Assembly: GCA_020725465.1 (NCBI GenBank)
Contig: DYEY01000031.1
Location: 21,813-85,812, forward strand
Length of the DNA: 64,000 nucleotides
DNA from: Dethiobacter sp.
GTDB lineage: Bacteria; Bacillota; Dethiobacteria; Dethiobacterales; Dethiobacteraceae
Direction of reading: 5' to 3'
Shown here: positions 1-8,727 of the stretch, piece after piece
How positions within the stretch are numbered: position 1 is the stretch's first letter
Layout of the letters: every line of letters starts with the position of its first letter
Notes under the pieces: generated by a model
What the model was told of the DNA's origin: nothing
Databases searched by the model: none
The model's input: only the letters and a program-made list of their open reading frames with translations
Made by a program: the position numbers and the translations under genes

Positions 1-1
1 G

Positions 2-886
2 TACGAGGACAATCCGCAGTGGCGGGTGTTCTTCAACCTCCTGGAGGCGCTCTACCAACAGCACCCGGTACAAAAGGATATCGCCGGGACCGTGGACAGT
101 ATCAGGCGTATCGACAAGGATGTACTCTACAAGTGTTACCGGACTTTTTACCACCCCAGCAATATGGCTGTCTTCGTGGTGGGAGATGTGGAGCCGGAGC
201 GGATCCTCGGGCAGGTGGAATCAAACATAGGGCGGCGTAACTACCGGCCGCTTGGCGAAATCAGGCGCATTTACCCTTCTGAACCGCCTACATTGGCCAG
301 GGAGTATATCTCTCAGGAATTGGTGGTGTCTCAACCCATCTTTAACATGGGATACAAGGACCTGGACGTGGGCTATGAGGGCGAGCGGCAGTTTCGCCGG
401 GAACTGCTGACGGAACTTGTGCTGGACGCGGTGCTGGGTTCCAGTTCCCGCCTCTATAACGAGCTGTACGAGGAGGGCCTTATCGACGACGAATTTGATG
501 CCGGGCACGTGGCTGAAAAGGATTACGGACACACCGTTATCGGAGGAGAAACGCGGGATCCGGAAAGGCTGTACCGGCGCCTGCGGGAGGGGATAGAGCG
601 GGCCAAGCGGGAAGGCATTTCCGAAGAGATGTTTGAACATCACCGGCGCAAAATCACCGGGGGCTTCCTGAAAAGCTTTAATTCACTGGAATTCGTGGCC
701 AATAACTTTCTGGCTTACCATTTCCGTGGCATAAACTTTTTTAACTACCTCGATGTGCTGAACAGCCTGACCCCCGAGGAAGCAAACCACAGGCTGCGGT
801 CGCATTTTGGCGATGACAATTGCGCCCGCTCGGTGATATTGCCAAAAACGGGAACGCAGAACTCAAAACTCAAAACCCGGGAGTAG
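2..886 (+). CDS. M16 (insulinase-like) family peptidase, C-terminal part; 5' end outside window
   Basis: The frame is open from nt 2 (YEDNPQWRVFFNLL...). FFNLLEALYQQHPVQKDIAGTVDSIRRIDKDVLYKCYRTFYHPSNMAVFVVGDVEPE is typical of the M16 peptidase family. Confidence 0.65.
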   Translation, partial: YEDNPQWRVFFNLLEALYQQHPVQKDIAGTVDSIRRIDKDVLYKCYRTFYHPSNMAVFVVGDVEPERILGQVESNIGRRNYRPLGEIRRIYPSEPPTLAREYISQELVVSQPIFNMGYKDLDVGYEGERQFRRELLTELVLDAVLGSSSRLYNELYEEGLIDDEFDAGHVAEKDYGHTVIGGETRDPERLYRRLREGIERAKREGISEEMFEHHRRKITGGFLKSFNSLEFVANNFLAYHFRGINFFNYLDVLNSLTPEEANHRLRSHFGDDNCARSVILPKTGTQNSKLKTRE

Positions 887-903
887 GTACACTGTTTAAA
901 AAT

Positions 904-932
904 TTGTGCTGTTTCTGCCAATGGGGTATAAT
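904..932 (+). promoter_or_regulatory. sigma-A type promoter candidate TTGTGC-17 nt-TATAAT
   Basis: TTGTGC lies at 904-909 and TATAAT at 927-932, 35 nt upstream of the ATG at 967. Confidence 0.4.
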
Positions 933-966
933 AATGGCAGAATTATTTTGCGCAAGGAGGCTGCCG

Positions 967-1221
967 ATGAACTATAAGGATGTGGAGGGCGGCTGGGTTA
1001 CCGTGTTTGAAGCAGCCAACATTGATGAGGCCAACATTGTCAAAGGTTTGCTGGAAGCGGCGGATATCCCGGTTTACCTGGAGAGGGAAGCCATTGGTGC
1101 CATTTACAAGCTTTCGGTTGGCCCTTTGAGTGAGGTTGCGGTTAAGGTGCCCAAGGACAAGGCGGCCAAGGCCAGCCAGCTTTTGCAGTCGACGGCTTAC
1201 GGCGCGGCGCCGGAGGACTGA
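967..1221 (+). CDS. DUF2007-like small protein (putative signal-transducing fold)
   Basis: MNYKDVEGGWVTVFEAANIDEANIVKGLLEAADIPVYLEREAIG... The RBS aggagg sits 5 nt upstream of the ATG at 967. The 820 start in the ORF track is an upstream extension. Confidence 0.55.
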   Translation: MNYKDVEGGWVTVFEAANIDEANIVKGLLEAADIPVYLEREAIGAIYKLSVGPLSEVAVKVPKDKAAKASQLLQSTAYGAAPED

Positions 1222-1260
1222 TTAACAGATCTTTATGCTCAGTATGGCCGGGGGAGAAAG

Positions 1261-1949
1261 ATGACCGGTGATTTCCCAGTCCTGGTGCTATGTGATTTTG
1301 ACGGCACCATTACCAACGAGGATATCGGTTTTAAGATAATCCAGGCTTTTGCCGGCCCGGGCTGGCATGAAATTGAGGATGCCTACCAGCGCGGTGAAAA
1401 GGGTTCGCGGGAGGCATTACTTGAGATTTTTGCCCTTATCCGGGTGGACGAACCTACCTTGCGGCGCTATGTCCTGGACAACTTTTATGTGGATCCTTAT
1501 TTCCCCGATTTTCTCGCTCTTTGCCGCCGCCTGAAAGTGCCGGTGACGGTACTGAGCGACGGGTTTGATTTTTATATTGACCTTATGCTGCAAAAATTTA
1601 AGGTTGACGTCGGGTACCTGGCCAACCAGCTGCGTGTGGTAGATTGCGGGCTGCACGCCGACTTCCCACACCGGAATGAGCATTGCGGCGCCTGCGGCAA
1701 CTGCAAGCTGGATTATGCCCTGCGGGTGCGGGAGAACGGAGCACGTATTATCTACATAGGTGACGGCTATTCCGACCGCTGTGTGGTGGAAGCGGCAGAT
1801 GCCGTTTTCGCCAAGGGAACTCTGGCCCGGTACTGCCGGGAAAAGGGGATTTCCTTTTACCCTTTTACAAATTTCCGGGATATCCTTCCGGTCTTCCGTT
1901 CCGGCCTGGCCGCCAGGCTTCGTAACAACAGCGACAGAGGTGAAGAACA

Positions 1950-1953
<4 letters not shown>
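1261..1953 (+). CDS. HAD-IB family phosphatase (MtnX / phosphoserine-phosphatase-like)
   Basis: HAD motif I is present as LCDFDGTIT, with GDGYSDRC as motif IV and a Cys cluster HCGACGNCK. The stop overlaps the cysK start. Confidence 0.65.
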
Positions 1954-2873
<920 letters not shown>

Positions 2874-2901
2874 ACCGTAAGCTTTTGTCTTTTATCAAAA
2901 T

Positions 2902-2927
2902 CAAAAGAGCGGCCAGGGCCGCTTTTT
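2902..2927 (+). terminator. rho-independent terminator after cysK
   Basis: Hairpin agcggc-cagg-gccgct followed by a T6 run. Confidence 0.7.
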
Positions 2928-2935
2928 TCCATAAA

Positions 2936-2965
2936 TTGACCGGGGCGGCGGCCGTGTGGTATAAT
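2936..2965 (+). promoter_or_regulatory. sigma-A promoter candidate TTGACC-18 nt-(TGg)TATAAT for proS
   Basis: TTGACC lies at 2936-2941 and an extended -10 TGGTATAAT at 2957-2965. Confidence 0.5.
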
Positions 2966-3017
2966 CCTTTAAGAATCGGGGCTTGTCCCTTTTTTTACCG
3001 TGAAGAGGAGGGTTGTC

Positions 3018-4469
3018 ATGTCCAGGGAAGAAAAAGAATTTGTCAGGGAAATAACCCCGCGCCATCAGGATTACTCGCAATGGTATATCGATGTGATTCT
3101 TAAAACCCAGCTGGTTGACTACTCACCGGTTAAGGGCTGCATGGTGATTAGGCCGTACGGCTATGGTCTCTGGGAAAATATGCAGCAGGGACTGGACCGG
3201 CGGCTGAAAGCCACCGGGCACAAAAACGGCTACTTCCCGCTTTTTATACCGGAGAGTCTGCTGCAAAAGGAAGCGGAGCACGTGGAGGGGTTCGCCCCGG
3301 AAGTGGCCTGGGTTACCCACGCCGGCAGTGAAAAACTGGCGGAAAGGCTGGTGGTGCGCCCCACTTCCGAAACCATTATCTGTGAAATGTACAGCAAATG
3401 GATCCAGTCCTGGCGCGACCTGCCTGTTTTGATCAACCAGTGGTGCAATGTGGTCCGCTGGGAAAAAGTAACACGGCCTTTTTTGCGTACTTCGGAGTTT
3501 CTCTGGCAGGAGGGGCATACCGCTCACCGCAATGAGGAAGAGGCAGAGGAAGAAACCCTGAAAATACTGGAGGTTTACCGGGATTTTGTGGAAAACGACC
3601 TGGCTGTGCCGGTACTGACCGGTCGCAAGACCGAAAGCGAAAAGTTCGCCGGGGCGCTGCGCACCTATTCCATCGAGGCGCTGATGAGCGACGGCAAAGC
3701 GCTGCAGGCCGGCACCTCACACAACCTGGGCGAGCACTTTGCCCGCGTCTTTGATATCACTTACCTGGACAGCGACGGCTCGCTTAAATATGTCTGGCAG
3801 ACTTCCTGGGGTGTTTCCACCCGCCTTATCGGGGCCATTATCATGGTCCACGGAGACGACCGCGGCCTGGTATTGCCGCCTAAAGTGGCGCCGGTACAGG
3901 TGATACTCATCCCCATCGCGCCCAAAAAAGTCCGGGAAACGGTAATGCCGAGAGCAGCCGCAATTTTTGCAGAACTTACAGCCGCCGGCCTGAGGGCGGA
4001 GATGGATGACCGTGAAGAGTATTCTCCGGGCTGGAAGTTTAACGAGTGGGAGATGAAAGGGGTGCCGCTGCGGGTCGAAGTAGGGCCGCGCGACCTGGAG
4101 GCCGGGCAGGCGGTGCTGGCCCGCCGCGATAGCGGAGAAAAAGAGACGGTGCCACTCTCCGGCCTGGTGCAGCGGGTGCAGCAATTAATGAACGAAATCC
4201 AGGCCGATATGTTGGAGAAGGCGCGCCGCTTCCGCGAGGAAAACACCTATTATACCGATGACTTTGAAGAATTCAAAAAGATTATCGAAGAGAAACGCGG
4301 CTTCATCGTCTCGCGCTGGTGCGGCGACCCCGACTGCGAGCAGGCGGTGAAGGAAGAAACCAAGGCCACCATCCGCTGCCTTCCCTTTGACCAGAACGCC
4401 GGTCCCGGTAAATGTCTCCGCTGCAACAGGGAATCCGACCGCCAGGCCTATTTTGCCCGTGCTTACTAG
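3018..4469 (+). CDS. proS: proline--tRNA ligase (short archaeal/eukaryote-like class II type)
   Basis: The N-terminus SREEKEFVREITPRHQDYSQWY and the C-terminal zinc-type motif CLRCNRESDRQAYFARAY are typical of this type. The RBS gaggagg precedes the ATG at 3018. Confidence 0.9.
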   Translation: MSREEKEFVREITPRHQDYSQWYIDVILKTQLVDYSPVKGCMVIRPYGYGLWENMQQGLDRRLKATGHKNGYFPLFIPESLLQKEAEHVEGFAPEVAWVTHAGSEKLAERLVVRPTSETIICEMYSKWIQSWRDLPVLINQWCNVVRWEKVTRPFLRTSEFLWQEGHTAHRNEEEAEEETLKILEVYRDFVENDLAVPVLTGRKTESEKFAGALRTYSIEALMSDGKALQAGTSHNLGEHFARVFDITYLDSDGSLKYVWQTSWGVSTRLIGAIIMVHGDDRGLVLPPKVAPVQVILIPIAPKKVRETVMPRAAAIFAELTAAGLRAEMDDREEYSPGWKFNEWEMKGVPLRVEVGPRDLEAGQAVLARRDSGEKETVPLSGLVQRVQQLMNEIQADMLEKARRFREENTYYTDDFEEFKKIIEEKRGFIVSRWCGDPDCEQAVKEETKATIRCLPFDQNAGPGKCLRCNRESDRQAYFARAY

Positions 4470-4488
4470 CTTGGGGTCAGGCTTAACC
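4470..4488 (+). repeat. orphan degenerate REP-like copy (cttggggtcaggcttaacc)
   Basis: It matches cttggggtcaggtttcaac at 11407-11425 at 16 of 19 positions and lies immediately after the proS stop. Confidence 0.45.
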
Positions 4489-4560
4489 CTGAATTGATTT
4501 TTTGCCACATGGAGAACCGTCCCTGTCTCACACTGTAATGAATTGAGAGAGGTGTTGTAT

Positions 4561-5670
4561 ATGGCGAGCAAGGTTTTTTTTGCAGATATGAGGGCCAATA
4601 ACAGGCACGAGAGCCTGCCGCAGAAGGTAAACAAACTGTTTAAGGCCGCCGGTTTTGCCGGCCTGGTGGGAAAAGATGAGCTGGTGGCGGTGAAGCTGCA
4701 CTTTGGGGAAAAAGGCGGTACTGCCTTTATCAACCCGGTACTGGTGCGCCAGGTGGTGGACAGGGTAAAAGAGGCTGGGGGCAAGCCGTTTTTGACCGAT
4801 ACCAACACCCTGTATGTGGGTACCCGTGCTAACAGCGTCGACCATATCCAGACGGCTCTGGAAAACGGATTTTCTTATGCTACGGTAGCGGCGCCCATCA
4901 TTATTGCTGACGGCCTGTTCGGCAAAAACTATGTGGAGGTGCCGGTGGACGGAAAGCATTTTAAATCGGTTAAAATCGGCAGCGATATTGCCAATGCCGA
5001 TGCCATGATAGTGCTTTCACATACCAAGGGCCATATCCTGGCCGGCTTCGGTGGTACCATCAAAAACCTGGGCATGGGCTGCGGCAACCGCGGCGGCAAG
5101 CAGATGATGCACTCTTCCCTGAAACCCAAAGTTGGGGAAGAGTCATGCAGGGTTTGCAGTGTCTGCCTGAAATGGTGTCCGGCTGATGCCATTATTATCA
5201 CGGACAAAACGGCTGTAATTGACCACGAAAAATGTTTTGGCTGTGGTGAATGTACCGTGGTCTGTCCTGCCAGGGCTATCAAAATTCAGTGGAAAACAGA
5301 GACCGTGGATATGCAGGAAAGAATGGCTGAATACGCCTGGGGCGGAATTAAGGATAAAGCGGGTAAGGTGGGGTACTTTAACTTTGTCATGAATGTGACG
5401 CCGGACTGCGACTGCAACAGCTGGAGCGACGCCGCCATCATAAAAGATGTGGGTATCCTGGCTTCCACCGACCCGGTGGCCATCGACCAAGCGGCCCTGG
5501 ATTTGATTAACGCACAGGCCGGGCTTGCCGGTACACGGCTGGAAGGCGGTTTTGAACCTGGCGGGGATAAGTTTAAGGGTGTCTACCCCAACACTGACCA
5601 CGAAGCCCAGCTGCGGCACGCCGAGTGGCTGGGCATGGGAACCCGCCGCTATGAGATGGTAAGGGTTTAA
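4561..5670 (+). CDS. DUF362 domain protein with inserted 2x[4Fe-4S] ferredoxin motifs
   Basis: Contains CRVCSVCLKWCP and CFGCGECTVVCP plus a DUF362-like N-terminus (KVFFADMR...VAVKLHFGE). The ATG at 4561 has the RBS gagagagg. Confidence 0.7.
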   Translation: MASKVFFADMRANNRHESLPQKVNKLFKAAGFAGLVGKDELVAVKLHFGEKGGTAFINPVLVRQVVDRVKEAGGKPFLTDTNTLYVGTRANSVDHIQTALENGFSYATVAAPIIIADGLFGKNYVEVPVDGKHFKSVKIGSDIANADAMIVLSHTKGHILAGFGGTIKNLGMGCGNRGGKQMMHSSLKPKVGEESCRVCSVCLKWCPADAIIITDKTAVIDHEKCFGCGECTVVCPARAIKIQWKTETVDMQERMAEYAWGGIKDKAGKVGYFNFVMNVTPDCDCNSWSDAAIIKDVGILASTDPVAIDQAALDLINAQAGLAGTRLEGGFEPGGDKFKGVYPNTDHEAQLRHAEWLGMGTRRYEMVRV

Positions 5671-5672
5671 CC

Positions 5673-6266
5673 ATGCAGGATAAGGCTGAACTGCGTAAAG
5701 AAGTGCTTTGGCGACGGGACAGCATGTCCCCGGAGTCAATCAACCAAAAGAGCCGGGAGATTGCCGGCCGTCTTTTTAGCCTGCCGGAGTACCGGGCGGC
5801 CTCTGTTGTAATGTATTTTTTAAACTTCGGCAAGGAAGTGCAGACGATACCCATGGTCACCGCCTCCCTGGGACACGGCAAAAAGGTCATTGCTCCCAAA
5901 ACTGTGCCTAAAGAAAGACGGTTGATACTGTCTCAGATTCTGGACGTGGAAGGTGATTTAGCGCCCGGACTGTGGGGTATCCCTGAGCCAAAGCCTGACC
6001 GTCTCCGGCCGGTGCCGGCGACACAGGCAGATTTGGTAGTTGTCCCCGGTGTCGCTTTTGACGAATCTGGCAACCGCCTTGGGTACGGAGGCGGCTATTA
6101 TGACCGTTTTTTTGCGGAACTGAGGGAGGGAGTGCCCCTGGTGGCGCTTGCCTTTGAGGTGCAGGTGCTGCCGTCGGTGCCGGTGGCGGCCTGGGACCGC
6201 CGGGTCGACCTGGTGATTACCGAAGAACGCATCATTGAATGCCGCCGCAAAGCGGAGGGGATATAA
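5673..6266 (+). CDS. 5-formyltetrahydrofolate cyclo-ligase
   Basis: LVVVPGVAFDESGNRLGYGGGYYDRF is the MTHFS signature region. Confidence 0.85.
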   Translation: MQDKAELRKEVLWRRDSMSPESINQKSREIAGRLFSLPEYRAASVVMYFLNFGKEVQTIPMVTASLGHGKKVIAPKTVPKERRLILSQILDVEGDLAPGLWGIPEPKPDRLRPVPATQADLVVVPGVAFDESGNRLGYGGGYYDRFFAELREGVPLVALAFEVQVLPSVPVAAWDRRVDLVITEERIIECRRKAEGI

Positions 6267-6298
6267 GGCAGCAAATACCGTTGCTGCCGCGTTTTTTT
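6267..6298 (+). terminator. rho-independent terminator
   Basis: Hairpin ggcagcaa-ataccg-ttgctgcc followed by gcgTTTTTTT. Confidence 0.8.
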
Positions 6299-6319
6299 AT
6301 GAGCATATTTTCTCAAAAA

Positions 6320-6349
6320 GCAGGATTACATGACATGAAACGAGAATAG
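6320..6349 (+). promoter_or_regulatory. AGGA/GAAT (sigma-H-like) promoter candidate for the fdh operon
   Basis: GCAGGATT lies at 6320-6327 and GAATAG at 6344-6349. The AGGA-to-GAAT distance is 22 nt, and the site is about 50 nt upstream of the TTG start at 6398. Confidence 0.4.
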
Positions 6350-6397
6350 TTAGGAGAATTTTCTTGTTTCCGGATTTTTTTAAAGGAGGCAGCCACA

Positions 6398-6898
6398 TTG
6401 AAAGAGGCACTGAAATGCTACACCGAAGATCCCTTTGACTACGGGCCGGTAGACAGCGTTCTGGCCAAATACAAGGATCAGAAGGGCGCAACAATTCCTA
6501 TCCTTCAGGCTGTCCAGGATGAGTACGGCTATCTTCCCTACCAGGCACTGGAGCGTATCGCCAAGGTGCTTAAGGTGCCTTTCAGCCGTATTTTCGGGGT
6601 AGCCACCTTCTTTGCGCAGTTCCACCTGCAGCCGCGGGGCGAGAATATCATCCGCGTCTGCCTTGGCACGGCCTGTCATGTCCGTGGCGGCGCCAAAATC
6701 GTTGAGAAGCTGCAGGAAATTCTGCAGCTTGATGTGGGCGGGACCACAGCAGACAGGAAATTTACCCTGGAATCCGTGGCCTGTATCGGAGCCTGTGGCC
6801 TGGCCCCGGTTATGATGATCAACAATGACACTTTCGGGCGCCTTACAACACAGAAATTAGCCGGCATTATCGAGAATTACGGTAAAGAGACGGAATAA
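6398..6898 (+). CDS. NuoE/HndA-like [2Fe-2S] thioredoxin-fold subunit of an NAD(P)-linked formate dehydrogenase/hydrogenase module
   Basis: Shows the NuoE Cys pattern (VCLGTACHVRG...SVACIGACGLAPV). TTG start with the RBS aaaggagg. Confidence 0.85.
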   Translation: MKEALKCYTEDPFDYGPVDSVLAKYKDQKGATIPILQAVQDEYGYLPYQALERIAKVLKVPFSRIFGVATFFAQFHLQPRGENIIRVCLGTACHVRGGAKIVEKLQEILQLDVGGTTADRKFTLESVACIGACGLAPVMMINNDTFGRLTTQKLAGIIENYGKETE

Positions 6899-6925
6899 AC
6901 AATCTAAGGCAAAGGAGGTTGTAAT

Positions 6926-8710
6926 ATGTCACACAGGCGGATCTTATTCTGTGCCGGTACCGGCTGTATCTCCTCAGGTGCCCTGAAAACACGGGATGCC
7001 CTGGTAAGTGAGCTGGAAAAGCGAGGCATCCGCGACCAGTATGAAGTGGTTTTATCCGGCTGCCATGGCTTCTGTGAACAGGGGCCGCTTCTGATAGTCC
7101 ATCCCGAGGATACCTTTTACTGCGGTGTACAGCCGGAGGACATGGCGGAACTTATTGATGAATACCTGCTGAATGGCCGTGTGGTTGAGCGGCTGCTTTA
7201 CAAAGATCCTGTCACGGGCGAACGCACCAGCGACCATATGAAGATCGGCTTCTATGCCAAGCAGAAACGGCTGGTTTTGCACAACTGCGGTGTGATCGAC
7301 CCGGAAAATATAAACGAGTATATCGGAACGAAGGGCTACGAGGCACTGAAAGCTGCGCTTAAGATGGAACGCACGGCCATCATTGACGAAGTGAAAAGGT
7401 CGGGGCTGCGCGGCCGTGGCGGCGCCGGGTTCCCCACCGGTATGAAATGGGAGTTTACCTTTAAGACCCCGGGTGATAAGAAATATATCGTCTGCAATGC
7501 GGACGAAGGCGACCCCGGCGCCTTTATGGACCGCAGCGTGCTGGAGGGCGACCCCCACGCCGTGCTGGAAGGGATGATAATCGCCGGCTACGCCATTGGC
7601 GCCGACGAAGGTTATGTTTATGTGCGCGCCGAGTACCCGCTGGCGGTAAAGCGCCTGCGTATTGCCATTACCCAGGCCGAAGAATTTGGCTTCCTTGGCA
7701 GCAACATAATGGGCACGGGATTTAACTTTAAAATTAATATCAAAGAAGGTGCCGGCGCTTTTGTCTGCGGCGAAGAGACCGCGCTTCTCGCCTCCATTGA
7801 GGGGGAGAGGGGTATGCCCCGGCCGCGCCCGCCTTTTCCCGCCATCTCAGGACTGTGGGGCAAGCCCACCTGCCTGAACAACGTGGAAACATTCGCCAAT
7901 ATACCGCTCATTATCCGGGAGGGCGCCGACTCTTTCGCCAGCGTGGGGACGGAACGAAGCAAGGGTACCAAGATTTTCGCCCTGACCGGAAAAATCAACA
8001 ATACCGGCCTGGCTGAGGTGCCCATGGGTATGACCATGCGTGAAATCATCTTTGATATCGGCGGCGGTATCAGGGACGGCAAACAATTTAAAGCTGTCCA
8101 GATCGGCGGGCCGTCGGGAGGCTGCCTGCCTGCGGAACTGTTGGATTTGCCCATCGATTACGACTCCCTGACCCAGGCCGGTGCCATGATGGGGTCCGGC
8201 GGACTGGTGGTCATGGACGAAAATACCTGCATGGTAGACCTGGCCCGCTACTTCCTCACCTTTACCCAGAACGAATCCTGCGGCAAATGTACGCCATGCC
8301 GGGAAGGCACCAAGCGGATGCTGGAAGCACTGGAGCGTATCACCGAGGGCAAGGGGGAATCGGGTGACATCCCCATGCTGGAAGAACTGGCCAATTCAAT
8401 CAAGGACAGTTCGCTGTGCGGCCTGGGCCAGACCGCGCCCAATCCCATCCTCAGCACCCTGCGTTACTTCCGCCACGAGTATGAGGAGCACATCCTGGAA
8501 GGAAAATGCAGTGCCGGAGTGTGCAGGAATCTGGTTACCTACCACATCGATGCGGAAAAATGTACCGGTTGCCGCGCTTGCACCAGGGTCTGCCCGGTGG
8601 AGGCTATCACCGGGGACAAAAAACAGCCGCATGAAATCAATATCCAGGTCTGCATCAAGTGCGGTGCCTGCATGGAGAAATGTAAATTTGACGCCGTAAT
8701 ATTGAAATAG
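6926..8710 (+). CDS. NuoF/HndC-like FMN- and NAD(H)-binding Fe-S subunit
   Basis: GLRGRGGAGFPTGMKW (FMN/NADH site), ESCGKCTPCREG, an N-terminal 2Fe-2S thioredoxin-like domain and two C-terminal CxxCxxCxxxCP ferredoxin motifs. Confidence 0.9.
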   Translation: MSHRRILFCAGTGCISSGALKTRDALVSELEKRGIRDQYEVVLSGCHGFCEQGPLLIVHPEDTFYCGVQPEDMAELIDEYLLNGRVVERLLYKDPVTGERTSDHMKIGFYAKQKRLVLHNCGVIDPENINEYIGTKGYEALKAALKMERTAIIDEVKRSGLRGRGGAGFPTGMKWEFTFKTPGDKKYIVCNADEGDPGAFMDRSVLEGDPHAVLEGMIIAGYAIGADEGYVYVRAEYPLAVKRLRIAITQAEEFGFLGSNIMGTGFNFKINIKEGAGAFVCGEETALLASIEGERGMPRPRPPFPAISGLWGKPTCLNNVETFANIPLIIREGADSFASVGTERSKGTKIFALTGKINNTGLAEVPMGMTMREIIFDIGGGIRDGKQFKAVQIGGPSGGCLPAELLDLPIDYDSLTQAGAMMGSGGLVVMDENTCMVDLARYFLTFTQNESCGKCTPCREGTKRMLEALERITEGKGESGDIPMLEELANSIKDSSLCGLGQTAPNPILSTLRYFRHEYEEHILEGKCSAGVCRNLVTYHIDAEKCTGCRACTRVCPVEAITGDKKQPHEINIQVCIKCGACMEKCKFDAVILK

Positions 8711-8727
8711 GCAAAGGAGGGAATGAA

